A stretch of 64,000 bases of DNA, taken from assembly GCA_030770535.1 (NCBI GenBank), contig JASVEC010000020.1, positions 186,001-250,000 on the forward strand. Direction: 5' to 3'. Origin of the DNA: Batkoa obscura (lineage: Eukaryota). How positions within the stretch are numbered: the stretch's first letter is position 1; each line of letters begins with the position of its first letter. The notes under the pieces are model-generated. The model ran no database searches. It saw only the letters and a program-made list of their open reading frames with translations, and had not been told where the DNA came from. The position numbers and the translations under genes were made by a program. Positions 38,089 through 50,791 of this stretch are shown piece after piece.

Positions 38089-40412
38089 ATGAGTAGTAGT
38101 GATTTTGAAGACATTGAAAATGAAGAAAGGAAATATGAAGCCTTAAGTAAGTTAGAAGCAGGTAAAGAAGCGAATACAATAGGAATCATTACACGACTCG
38201 GAGAGATTAAAGTAACCAAGAAAGGTAAGAAAAGTAGATTCTATATAACTAATCATTTTTCTCGAATAAATGAATAAAATTCAATGTTAATATTAATATT
38301 AATATTAATTAAAATAGATTTATCATTAAGAGTAAGTATCATAGACTCTAGTTTATCTAAAGGAGAAGAAATCACAATTTTATTTTTTCGAAAAGTAGAA
38401 CAACAATTCCCAAAGTTTAATAAAGTAGGCGATATATTAATTTCTAACGGATTGAAGGTATATCTTTATATTTACTTATTTAATTTATTTGGCTGATTCA
38501 TTGACTTTGTTTTCACTTATAGATTCAAAAATACAATCAACGTATACAGGTTCTATCTTTATTACAATCAAGACATAAACTTGTTAATTTACAATCTAAT
38601 ATCAATGAATTAGATTTATCAGATAATCTTAAACAAAAATTAATTAATTTGAAACAATGGTATATTAATTTAACTCAACCATCTGAAATGATAACAATAA
38701 AATCAAAACAAGAGAATATAAAATTAATTGATTTAAATAAAAAAAGAAGTATTAATACAATTGACGGAGTTAATGAGATTTCAATTACAAATACAAATGC
38801 ATTAAAAAAGAGTAATAATTATAATAGTGGCAATAAATTAAAATTAAAAAAATTAAGTGAAGTCAAATTATTCGAATATATTGATTTAGTAGCAATGGTA
38901 AGTTTATTAAATAATCAAAGTTCAATATAAACTTTATTAAATGAAAATAAAAGAATTAATATATAAAAATATAAAAATATAAGTTAAAGCTAATAAAATC
39001 ATATAGGTAATAAGTATACAGCATAATACAGAAGATGATCATATCACATTATTGTTAACTGATTTTACAGAAAACGAATTATTAGAGTAAGTTTAAACTC
39101 AAGTTATCAATATTTGGACAATTGATTTAATCTATTTTAATTAAAATCATTAATTTTGATTCATAGACCAAAAACATTAGAATATCAAAACACTTTTCTT
39201 TATAATAAAAAATATATTGTTTATTGTACATTATGGGATGAGCATAAACTATTTATTGAAAAGAATAAAATTCAACAGCACGATATACTTAAATTTTATA
39301 ATTTAAGAGTGAAACCTAATGATATTTATGGGATTGAGTTAGTACTTCACGGGGAAAAAAAGGTAGTATCAAATAAATTGGTAGTGATAAAACAAAATGA
39401 TGAAGCGGCAATAGAAATATTAAGGTAGATTAAGAACTTATAAAAAGAAAAGTATCAAGAGAATGTTATTAATTAAAGTGATTTTTTGATATTAGAAGGA
39501 AACAAATGTTAATGCCAAAGAAATTGAAAATAAAAAGAGAACAACGAGAATCAAATGAAGTTGAAAAAAAGTTAACAGGTGAGATATTTAAATCAATTTT
39601 AGTTTATAAACAAGATTATTTATTTTAGATTAGAAATTGAATATCCTAATTTACCCGTTGTTTCATTGGATTATATTATAAATGATTTAGAAGTAAGTTA
39701 AGACTATTAATTAATTAAAAGATTATAATTTGAAAGATTTTATTACTTATTTGATTTTTATATATTTTTATTTTATTTTAGTACCCTAAAATGTATCATA
39801 TTCATAGTAAAATTGTGGATATTTATCCAAACGATATTAAGGAATTTATCACTTTCATTTGTGATCAATGTAATGCAAAGTAAGTTTTCTATTATCCCTT
39901 AAACTTATTTAGATTAATGATAATGTAAAATAATTAATATGTATCTTTTTTTAGAATTGAAAATAAGGAATTAGTGAAGTGTAAAAAATGTGGTAATGAA
40001 AAGGACAATCATCAAGAGTGGAAATTAGAATATCAATTTAATTTAGTATTTGAAAATGAGAATATAAATAGTGGACTTCAATTACCCGTCATTGTTAATA
40101 ATGAATTTGGTGTAAGTTTTTGTTTTAAACTTTTTTCTAAATGTTTTGTCTTATGTTGATTCTTTTTTAAATAATTAGACTCAATTTTTTAAATTTATAT
40201 CAGCTAAAGAGTAAGTTTTATTGAATTTATGCAATTTAATTCTTATCATTGAATTCTTTATTAGGTTTAAATATAATCATCTTAAACGTCAAGAATTAAG
40301 AGATTCGTTGATTAAGTTATGTCAATTTAATGCCCATTATTTAATTGCTGCATTTAAACCAAATAATTCTAATCAAAGGTTATTGTATTTATTACATACT
40401 AAGATTTTATAA
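38089..40412 (+). CDS. POT1: Telomere end-binding protein POT1-like (OB folds), multi-exon
   Basis: NTIGII..VSIIDSSL..ILFF..FPKFNKVGDIL (OB1); KLSEVK.FEYIDLVA, LLLTDFTEN, CTLWDEH, FYNLRVK (OB2); KIVDIYPNDIKEF..CDQC..CKKC..YQFNLVFE (C-terminal domain). Confidence 0.8.
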
Positions 40413-40466
40413 ATATTAAAATTAAAATTAAACTCTATTGACTATTATATTTTCTATATATTTATG

Positions 40467-40586
40467 TATAATATAATATAATATAATATAATATAATATA
40501 ATATAATATAATATAATATAATATAATATAATATAATATAATATAATATAATATAATATAATATAATATAATATAATATAATATAA
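40467..40586. repeat. (ATATA)n pentanucleotide microsatellite
   Basis: About 120 bp perfect array between the convergent 3' ends of POT1 and HSF1. Confidence 0.95.
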
Positions 40587-40705
40587 GCTTTATTTAATTT
40601 TTTTTAAAAATGGTATTTAAATTTTCAAGTTACAAGTGGGGAGAATAAAGTAGAGATAAGGAATAAGGTGGTAAAAAAAACATCCTTAGAAAAACAGATA
40701 AAATT

Positions 40706-42605
40706 TTAAGGAGTATTTTTGCTTGGAGTTGAAGGTAAAGGAGTAGTTAATTTTGAATTAGAATAGCTCGAAGGTGGAGGTTCAGTAACAATTTCTTCAA
40801 TATCTTCATCTAATTGATTTGCTTTTAAATTCAGATTCAAATTATTGTTATCTATTGTAGTCGAATGAATACTATTTTCATCTAAATTGTCTAAATTTAA
40901 AAAAGTATCAATATTAGCGGAATTATTGAAATTAGTAGGATCTAGATTAAAATTCAAATTAGGATCATATCCGGTCATAAATTGTGAGAAATCAAAGTTA
41001 TTTCCTGTACTTCCTATTGTATTCCCATTATTATTTCCTAATGCTAAGCCATTTAAATTATTATTTGTGTCCATTGAATTACTTAATAATGAATTGTTAT
41101 TACTATTAGTAATATTATTATGTTGATGTAAATTACTTTGCATACTATTTAAATTATTTTGTAATTCACTCATATTACTATTCATAAAATTTAATGTATG
41201 ATTATTATTAATCAAGGCTTGATTAATTTTATCAAATGCTAATTGTCGATTTTCTTGTTTAATTCCATTTTCAAAACTTGAGATTAATGCATTATCTGGT
41301 TTGTTAAGATTATAACCTAAATTGGGTATTAATGCATTGTTATTATCACTATTATTATTACTATTATTATCATTATTATTGTTGTTATTACTATTATTAT
41401 TATTATTATTATTATTCGGAAGCGTATTCATTAAATTATTATCTTGTGGATATAATTGATTTAAATTCGGTAGATCAATATAATTATTTAAATTTAAGTC
41501 ATTAGTAATACCTAATAAAATAAAAAGCAATATTAGTAACTTAATGTAATAAATAAATAAATATCCTTACCCATATTATTTAAACTATAATCTTGTAATA
41601 ATTTAGCGAATACTGTATTTGGGTCATTTAAATTGTTTTGATTTTGGTTTTCTTGTTTCATTTCATTTTCTTTACTTTGTTCTAATAGCAATCTTCTTTT
41701 TCTAGGTAATTTATCGATGGGTTGTTTATCATGAGAGAATAAAGTACTTAAGAAGTGTAAAATTTTATTGATTGTTTCTTGTTGAATTTTATTTTGATTT
41801 CGTGCTTCTTGATTCACTTTCCATAGTTTTTCATTCATTAGTTGCATCTCTTGTAATTCGCTAGCTAACTTAGTTTGATTTTGTTTGACTAATTCTAGTT
41901 CAGTTGCTAATCCTGTAATATTTTCTGTTGGTCCACTACTTTTATTTTCTTTAACTACTTTACGTACTACTTCTGCTAATTGATCAATCTTATCTCTCTC
42001 AAACTTAGGATGAAAAAATTGTAATTTTTCACTATCTGCATTCCCAATTAATACCCCCTGTCTTAAATTTTGTATTTTATGAAAGCCATATAAATTTAAT
42101 TGACGTACAAAGCTAGAAAAGTTTTTATGTTTAAAAAATCGTGGTAATATTTGTTTAGCAAAAAAGTCAGGATTGGAAACTATGTAAGTTTGGATTTAGT
42201 ATAAATTCGATTTTTAATCAATATAACTTACTATAAAATGTTTTACCATCTTCGTCCCAATGAATAACAAAATCTGTTTCTGAATTTTCAACTAAGCTAA
42301 ATAAAAAAGATTAATAATTATTTTGTAGTTCAAATATTAAATACTTACTTATACAACTTGGCAATAAAGGGAGCAATGTTTTTACTGGTCCTAATATTAT
42401 AACTTTCCAACATTGGTACTTCATTACCATCTGCTTGAACAAATTTTTCAAACTTATTACCATCTTCTAAACGTAGCTTCTTTACTTCTTTACCTCCTTC
42501 TTCCTCATTCATAATTTGGTTTTTATTAATCGAGTCTTCTAATTCTTTTAATAAACCACTATTGTTCACTTTATTATCTCGTTCCATCCAGTTGTTACTG
42601 ATCAT
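40706..42605 (-). CDS. HSF1: Heat shock transcription factor (HSF DNA-binding domain, coiled coil, Asn-rich tail), 4 exons
   Basis: [56 protein letters not shown]; then [22 protein letters not shown]. Confidence 0.92.
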
Positions 42606-44130
42606 TTAATAAAAAATTGATAAAGGAAGGTAATGCAAGTTGGGCTTAGTTAATTGTTTTGAACGAGCCAATCAGATAGCATCTGAGTTTGTGAAGAAAT
42701 ATTATGTCATGTATTTTAGAGCTAGTTGATTAGAAAGTTGTTTATACTTTTTTTAATAGCTTATATCGAATTTTCTTTATTAAAGTATTTGTAATAAAAC
42801 CATACTAAATAACACTATCTCTAATGCATTTTTCACTTACAATACCATAAGGTTATGTCTTCAAGTTTCGTTTTTTGCAGCGTTCTTAAGCCCTAATTAA
42901 AATTTCATTGTGATAAAGAATAAGTTGGAAAACCAAATTTTATAATTGTGCTGGAATTTTTAAGAAAATGATAGAATAATTTAGATTTTTTTTTAGATAA
43001 GAAATTTAAATATATTATTGAAAATAAGGAAATGATAGCTAACATTTTTGTTTAAATTTAAGTTTTAGTTGAGATTTTAAGTTTTACTAAAAATTTTAAA
43101 AAAATAAGCTTTTTGTCTATTTTTGATTTGTTTATTTTTTTTACACTTTTTTCCTAAAATTTCATTACTACTTTTTAAACCCCGACAAGCAATCTTATGG
43201 TAGAACTTATACTACAAAGCAAAAGGAGAACTAGCTTTGAAGATGACATTCAAATAGCACCAAAATAGTCATTTTTCAGCTCCCTTGGAATAGTGAGCAA
43301 AGAAGTAAGGAGTTTAGCTTCATTAATCAATAAAGTAAGGTTCAGAAAAATTTACTAATTTCATAATCATGAAAAAAAAGTTAGCTACCAAAGACCATTT
43401 TTATATAAAAAGAATTAAAGATATTGTGCTTGTACACTTTTATCCAATCAATATACAGACAAATCCGATAACTATTTCGATACTGCCATTTTGGTCTTTG
43501 AAAATGTGTATGAAAAGATATTAAAAAACAGTTGAAATTGAAATGAAGTTTCTTTTTGAGTTGTTGATTTGAAGTTATAAAGTTTTTATCAAATTGATGA
43601 TATTGACTATAGTGTTAGAATATTTGATCGTTTCTTCATAGTTTTTTAGAATAACAAAATATTCAACAAAAATAGATAAAAAACAGTTTGAGATCGATTT
43701 ATTTTATTATTTGATATTTTATTTATTAATGTAATTAAGTTACATAATTTATGGATTTGATGATATGTTTATGATATTATAGTACTATCATGAACCCCAC
43801 CTGTATATTACAATATATTGAATTGGAGCGAATATGCCATTTTATTATGTCCTTTAAGTTGCATAATTTTATAATAAGGAGCTAATTTTAGGGATGGAAA
43901 ATCTAATCCAATCAAATATTTAATAATTAAATGTATTTTTAACTTTATTGGCTTTTATTCAAAAATAAGCTAGAATTTATAGATCACTCTGTTTTTTTAG
44001 TCTAAGTTGAAAAGCGCATTTAAAAAAAAGTGATTCAAAAACTCAAAAAAGATATATAAATGAAGTATACAAACCCTTATGATTGAACTATTTAGTTATT
44101 TTTTTATAATCTAATTAATAAAACTTTAGA

Positions 44131-44832
44131 ATGTCTTTAACCATTAATGACTTACCTAGTGAAATGATTTCTGCTATTATGAAAGAAGGGGGTATCTCGA
44201 ATCTCAATACCTTTTCCCAATTAAACAAACGCTTTCGCAGTCTAAGTTTACATATGCTAAACCAACGCTTAACTTCAAGTAAAGTAAATATGGCCATATT
44301 ACAAGGAGATAAGCATTTATGTCCAAGATTTATTTTTACATGTGTAAAAAACAATTATATTGAATTTGAATCTACCCAAACAACTCCAGTCCAATTTAAA
44401 GCGAGTCTATTTTCTCATGCACCTATATTACGCTATTTAAAACTCATCTACTCTAATCAACAAACAAAAAATCTAGCATTATCGAAACCAATTCATTTTA
44501 AATGTTCTAAAAAAGGCGAATTTATCAATTATGGCCATAACGAAGAAGTAGCCATTCAATATTCAGTAGATGAAGAATGTGGAATATTAATTCAAAAATT
44601 ATTGATTCATGTGGAATTACTAGATGAAGAAGGTGTGGATGAGAGCTTAATTATGAATTTTCCACCACAATCTCTGGTCCAATGGATCCCTTTTAAATTA
44701 AAAAGGTATCATATTAAAGATCGATTTACAGAAGCAGTACCGATGTATCCCATTTTACCTACTAGAGTCTTTCGATTTTTTAATAAGTTGAATATTCTAA
44801 GTTATTTACCTCATTCTAGAATTGGAATTTAA
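44131..44832 (+). CDS. F-box-like protein, single exon
   Basis: 233-aa ORF starting MSLTINDLPSEMISAIM..LNTFSQLNKRFRSL; TATA upstream; architecture similar to 18188-18970. Confidence 0.7.
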   Translation: MSLTINDLPSEMISAIMKEGGISNLNTFSQLNKRFRSLSLHMLNQRLTSSKVNMAILQGDKHLCPRFIFTCVKNNYIEFESTQTTPVQFKASLFSHAPILRYLKLIYSNQQTKNLALSKPIHFKCSKKGEFINYGHNEEVAIQYSVDEECGILIQKLLIHVELLDEEGVDESLIMNFPPQSLVQWIPFKLKRYHIKDRFTEAVPMYPILPTRVFRFFNKLNILSYLPHSRIGI

Positions 44833-45927
44833 AGGTATCTCGCTAATGCTTGATGATTGTTTTTTAATAAATGATATGTTATATAAAATTATTTTTTATA
44901 ACTTCTTTCGCTGAGAAGCCTATATTGAGTGCGTTTTATTTACTAGACTAAAAAATTAAGTACTTAATGACGGTCCAACTTTAAAATTACACAATATACA
45001 TAATGGTATTCTAAAAAAGAAACTATTAAGTTCAATTGATTTACACCTTTTTAAAAGAAATATGGAGATAAGTAGTTCCCCAGTTAATTTATGGTCCTCA
45101 GTATTTATTGTTTTACGAATAGCTCTATAAACTTGACTAAAATGAACAGAAACAATGGAAGATTTCATTAGCATGTTATGAAGCATTTATTTTTATTTCT
45201 ATCAACTAATTGAGATAACGGTGAGTTTATATAACGTCCTTTATGTTGACTAAACAACATAAAACTAGAAACTTTTTATATGATGAAATATTTATAAGTG
45301 GTTTTATGGCGAAAAGCTATAAGATCCAAAGAAGTAAGAAACTATAGATATTATATTGGTTAATGGAAATAATTGTCTTATTATGTGGTTAAATTCAGTG
45401 AACTGATGGTCAAATAACCCGATTTTCTAATTATAGCTGAAAGTCGAAGTAAATCATTTGTGTAATGAGAAATAAGACAATTATTATAAAGCGGGGTATA
45501 TTGTTCATTATTTGATGTGTTATAAGAAATTTACAAGGCGAAAAGGAAAGTGGGTAGTTGATAGTTTGTTATAAGAAGCAAGCTTTTATTTGATTATGTA
45601 AGGAAATTACTAGTCAGTTTTGAGAACTATAGTGGTTAAAAGATGCTACGCTTTTTACAAGACATTAAATATCAAGTTATAAATCCTTCACTTATAAATT
45701 GAATTTTAACTGTCATCAGCCAAGCTAGATTGTTTATTATATTTTTGATAACTAAAGGATTTTTACTGTTGTTCAATTTCTATTATAACCAAAACTTTCC
45801 TGCTTTGTTATAGAAGTTTGCAAATAAAAAATAAGATAGTAAAAAAATAGAAAACAAAAAAATAGTCAAATATAATAAATACTTTAATATAAACTCTATC
45901 CTTTTGGTAAAAGGCCTAGTACATGAT

Positions 45928-47946
45928 CTAATAGTAGCCGTAACCGTAACCATAGGTAGGTCTTGGTCTAGTAGTATAATATGGTCTGGTAGTGGTGGTA
46001 GTTTTAGTAGTGTAATATGGTTTGGTACTAGTACTAGTGGTTTTGGTGGTAGTGCTAGTTCCAGTGGTAGAAGTACCAGTAGTGCTAGTCCCAGTGGTAG
46101 AGGTTCCAGTGGTGGAAGTACCAGTAGTAGAAGTTCCGGTAGTAGATGTACCAGTTGTGCTAGTACCAGTGGTGGAGGTTCCAGTAGTGGAAGTTCCGGT
46201 AGTAGATGTACCAGTGGTGGAGGTTCCGGTAGTGGAGGTACCAGTGGTAGAAGTTCCGGTAGTAGAAGTTTTGGTGGTATAGTAAGGAGTTGTAGTAGTT
46301 TTGGTAGTGGAAGTACCGGTGGTGGAGGTCCCGGTAGTGCTAGTTCCAGTGGTGGAAGTTCCAGTAGTAGAAGTTCCAGTAGTGGAGGTTCCAGTGGTAG
46401 ATGTACCAGTAGTGCTAGTACCAGTAGTAGAGGTTCCGGTAGTAGATGTACCAGTAGTGGATGTACCAGTAGTGGATGTACCAGTTGTGCTAGTTCCAGT
46501 GGTGGAGGTTCCGGTAGTAGAGGTACCAGTGGTAGAAGTTCCGGTAGTAGAAGTTTTAGTGGTATAGTAAGGAGTTGTAGTAGTTTTAGTAGTGGAAGTA
46601 CTAGTGGTAGAGGTTCCAGTGGTAGATGTACCAGTTGTGCTAGTACCAGTGGTGGAGGTTCCAGTAGTGGAGGTACCAGTGGTAGAAGTTCCGGTAGTAG
46701 AAGTGCCAGTGGTGGAGGTTCCGGTAGTGCTAGTACCAGTGGTGGAGGTACCAGTGGTAGAAGTTCCGGTAGTGGAGGTACCAGTGGTAGAAGTTCCGGT
46801 AGTAGAAGTGCCAGTGGTGGAGGTTCCGGTAGTGCTAGTACCAGTGGTGGAGGTACCAGTGGTAGAAGTTCCGGTAGTGGAGGTACCAGTGGTAGAAGTT
46901 CCGGTAGTAGAAGTGCCAGTGGTGGAGGTTCCGGTAGTGCTAGTACCAGTGGTGGAGGTACCAGTGGTAGAAGTTCCGGTAGTGGAGGTACCAGTGGTAG
47001 AAGTTCCGGTAGTAGAAGTGCCAGTGGTGGAGGTTCCGGTAGTAGAAGTGCCAGTGGTGGAGGTTCCGGTAGTAGAAGTGCCAGTGGTGGAGGTTCCGGT
47101 AGTGGAGGTACCAGTGGTAGAGGTACCAGTGGTAGAAGTTCCGGTAGTAGAAGTTTTAGTGGTATAGTAAGGAGTTGTAGTAGTTTTAGTAGTGGAAGTA
47201 CCAGTGGTGGAGGTTCCAGTGGTGGAGGTTCCAGTGGTGGAGGTTCCAGTGGTGGAGGTTCCAGTAGTGGAGGTACCAGTGGTAGAAGTTCCAGTAGTAG
47301 AAGTTCCAGTAGTAGAAGTGCCAGTGGTGGAGGTTCCAGTAGTGCTAGTACCAGTAGTAGAAGTACCAGTAGTGCTAGTACCAGTAGTAGAAGTACCAGT
47401 AGTAGAAGTTCCAGTGGTGGAGGTTCCGGTGGTATAGTAAGGAGTTGTGGTAGTTTTGGTAGTGGAAGTTCCAGTGGTAGAGGTTCCAGTGGTGGAAGTA
47501 CCAGTAGTAGAAGTTCCATTAGTACTAGTTCCAGTAGTAGAAGTTCCAGTAGTGGAGGTACCAGTGGTAGAGGTTCCAGTAGTGCTAGTACCAGTAGTAG
47601 AAGTACCAGTAGTAGAAGTTCCAGTGGTGGAGGTTCCAGTAGTAGAAGTTCCAGTAGTACTAGTACCAGTGGTAGATGTTCCAGTAGTGGAGGTACCAGT
47701 TGTGGAAGTTCCAGTAGTAGAAGTTCCAGTAGTACTAGTTTTCGTAGTAGTAGTCTTGGTAGTTCTAGTTTTAGTACAGTACGGAGGTTGAACAGTGATG
47801 ACTTTAGTACCAGTAGAAGTGATCACTTTAGTGGAAGTGATAGTTTTTGGTCTACAAGGATTGTATCCACCATAATAGTCAGCTGGTGAAGCTGCATCGA
47901 GGGCAGAAAGTAAATATGCAAGTGGGACGAGTACTTGGAATTTCAT
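45928..47946 (-). CDS. Secreted Thr/Ser/Gly mucin-like repeat protein, cassette C (672 aa)
   Basis: Signal peptide, one PCRP..YC module, (TTGTS)n array with four KTTTTPYY inserts, C-terminus RPRPTYGYGYGYY. Confidence 0.92.
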   Translation of the reverse strand: MKFQVLVPLAYLLSALDAASPADYYGGYNPCRPKTITSTKVITSTGTKVITVQPPYCTKTRTTKTTTTKTSTTGTSTTGTSTTGTSTTGTSTTGTSTTGTSTTGTSTTGTSTTGTSTTGTSTTGTSTTGTSTTGTSTTGTSTNGTSTTGTSTTGTSTTGTSTTKTTTTPYYTTGTSTTGTSTTGTSTTGTSTTGTSTTGTSTTGTSTTGTSTTGTSTTGTSTTGTSTTGTSTTGTSTTGTSTTGTSTTGTSTTKTTTTPYYTTKTSTTGTSTTGTSTTGTSTTGTSTTGTSTTGTSTTGTSTTGTSTTGTSTTGTSTTGTSTTGTSTTGTSTTGTSTTGTSTTGTSTTGTSTTGTSTTGTSTTGTSTTGTSTTGTSTTGTSTTGTSTTGTSTTGTSTTGTSTTGTSTTGTSTTGTSTTGTSTTGTSTTGTSTTGTSTTGTSTTGTSTTSTSTTKTTTTPYYTTKTSTTGTSTTGTSTTGTSTTGTSTTGTSTTGTSTTGTSTTGTSTTGTSTTGTSTTGTSTTGTSTTGTSTTGTSTTGTSTTGTSTTKTTTTPYYTTKTSTTGTSTTGTSTTGTSTTGTSTTGTSTTGTSTTGTSTTGTSTTGTSTTGTSTTGTSTTGTSTTGTSTTGTSTTTKTTSTSTKPYYTTKTTTTTRPYYTTRPRPTYGYGYGYY

Positions 47947-48649
47947 TGTTGTTTTTGATAATTATTGCTACGTTTAACGCCCTTTTTATAGCTTTTTTTC
48001 TATGTTGTATTATTAAACACAAACATGGGCTTCTGAAGAGGATCAACTTTATTTAAATAACAATTAAATTGTAACAAGTATGATGAGCAATAAAATTTAT
48101 TATGTTCATAATTAGGCTTATTTTTCACGTAATAAAATAAATTAAAGTAAGATTAGAATTAGCAATAAAATTTATTTTGGTGATAAGCTGGCTTATATTT
48201 ATCTAAAATAATTCTTCAATTTTTCGTAATGCTCCATATGGTTACCTTTTTAAAATCTAATTAAGCCTTCACTTCTGTTCTATTTTTAACTTTTTTATAA
48301 AGCGTCACAAATGGGCTGCATTCGCTTTGATAAATTTAATGAATTGGAAATTAAAACTATTTAGGGTTGCTAAATTAAATTATATTCTCATTAATTTGGT
48401 TTTGAAATACACATGTTTTCAATATCTACTTTGAATTGATTTAAGATTAATTTGAAGTTGATTTTTACACCATATCTTAAGCCAAAAGTCATAAAAGTGA
48501 TTCTCATTCAAAACAAAGGCTTTATTACTCACATATTATCTATTATACTCTTTAGCATAGCTATCTAAAGTATATATAAACTCAATCTAATATTTGAAAA
48601 TGAATTAAAAAATAATCGTTATAAACTCGATTTGTTAATATATATTAAA

Positions 48650-48811
48650 ATGAAATTCTTATCCGCCGTTGTATTACTTGCTGCCTCCGTTCTTGCCCAA
48701 GGTTATGGCTATGGAAGACCCTGTAGAGACATTACCAAAGTGGTTACTAGTACTACCATTACCTATGTGACTAGAACAGTGCAAGGCACTTGTCCTACAA
48801 TTGCCTTTTAA
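48650..48811 (+). CDS. Small secreted Thr/Val-rich 2-Cys peptide, cassette C (53 aa)
   Basis: MKFLSAVVLLAASVLAQGYGYGRPCRDITKVVTSTTITYVTRTVQGTCPTIAF*; differences from the A/D copy are mostly synonymous or conservative, plus one in-frame 6-nt indel. Confidence 0.88.
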   Translation: MKFLSAVVLLAASVLAQGYGYGRPCRDITKVVTSTTITYVTRTVQGTCPTIAF

Positions 48812-50791
48812 TAGCAGTAGATCGGCAATTGTACTAATAAATTCAGATATTTTAAACTATGTTTTTTTCTTATAAAATTAAGTTTATTATATCATTTATT
48901 GTAATAAAATTATCTAGCCATAAATTATTAATAATTTGAAAAAATAAACATTCGGCTTTGATAATTGTAATTGATTTATAAGCATCTTTAATTTAAGTTT
49001 AATAAAAGAATTCTAGCCTCCTATCTACAGTGCACATTTAAACCAAATAGCTTTTTTAACTAAATCTTGCATAGTAAATTAATCTGGCGATTTACCCAAA
49101 TTTAGGATTATGATTGAGTTTTGCTGAGTTTTGATCAAATTTAAAATCTTGCCAGTAATATCATCACAAAAATTTTATTAAAAAAAGGTAAAAATAGTAT
49201 AGTAATACAAATAAATAAAATAGTTGTAGGAGTATCAAGCGTTGAATAGTAACAAAAAACAACGCCTATAAATGTTACTCAACAAAGTATAAATGCACGA
49301 AATTGTAACTCCAAATTTTTTCATTTCAAATTATCTTTTATCTTCAAAACAAATTCCAATTTACAAATATAAAATTAAAAATAAATATTATATTAGGATT
49401 TCGCTTAAATAGAATTTACATTTGATCTTTTATGTAGCTAATTGATATCAAAAACAGTAGATTGTATTTTATCATTAATGACTATAAAACACTACCAACA
49501 ACTCAGTTTATAATAGATAAGAATTTGAATATGTTTTTATAAATTGTTAAATTAACAAAAATATACTTAATTGGCTATGTTTTTAAAAATTTAAAAAATC
49601 ATTACTGTAGGTAATAAATAAACTTAGTACTTTTTGAAAAAATAAGCAGGAATTATGAAAAGTTCTTATATTTTAATAAGTTCTTAAACTCATTAAAGTA
49701 ACTTTTATAAAACACTGTTTGAAAAAACAATTTACCAAATATATAATTAATCACAAGAATAAAATTTAGCATTTAGTAACAAGTTTAATATTCATTAAAA
49801 TTAAACTTTATTTTAGATAAAGTAATAAAAATGTAGGCTATTTTTTTAGATTACTTATCTTTGTAAACGTTTTGATTTATTTGAGAGAATAAGATTCTAA
49901 ATGCTAATGATGGTAAAGATTGTTTGAAGTGGGGCCAATAGTCTAGTTTATAATAGGATTGAGTAAAAGATATCATTTTTATTACTTTAAAGCTTAAAAA
50001 TTGCCATATTGCTTTTTATTGGGTATGGTGTAATGATGAATATATTTAGTTCCATTGCAAAGAACTCCTTCCATTCTAGGACCTTTTCCGGTCATTCTCT
50101 ATCTACTTTAACGTATTATATATTTAATTCCAAACTCAAACAACTTTTAGGTAGGAGGTTTAATAAAAGCCCCTTCTTTCAAGAATAAACAATCTTAATG
50201 CTATTGCAGGTCAACAATGTGATATATACAATATATGAATCTATATAGCATTTGTTACACAAAAAGTGATGCTGTTTTTTATTTTTTATAATTTATTATT
50301 ACTACTACTTTATTTTTCTTCAGCAATTCTGCGGCTTTTACAAAGGTTGGTAACAAGTGTTTCTTGATTACAAGTGGTCCAATCAAATAAAAAATCCGGC
50401 AATCACTTCAAAAAAAATACCAAAACAAGGTTTTAAAAAAATCATATATTTATTGAACTTAGACTTAACGACTTTTCCTTATTTGATTTCCTATGATTCT
50501 GTTGATTACCTTTTTAATAAATAAAAATACAATGCTTACGATATTGGGTTTAAGAAAAACCCGGATAATGATAAAATAATTAAACCTTTTTTGTAAATAA
50601 AACTAAGCCTAATAGCGACACTTTATAGTTTTAAACTTTATGTATAATGGCAATCTAATATTTGCCATTACATATAATCAAAGTAACTTTCGTTTCATTC
50701 AACTAGCAAGCAATAATAAGTGATGATAATAAGTTGATAGATTCAAAGTATATAAGTGAACAAAAAATATAATCAAATTAACAAAATCAAA

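Noticed and set aside
40467..40586. Telomere-like array next to POT1
   Set aside because: Pure AT pentamer with no G-rich strand; an ordinary microsatellite.
45783..47889. Long alternative-frame ORFs over mucin C (661 aa Gly/Ser on +, 578 aa Pro/Leu on -, several VPVVE ORFs)
   Set aside because: Stop-free shadows of the 15-nt repeat. Only the frame with signal peptide and conserved termini is shared with the paralogs.
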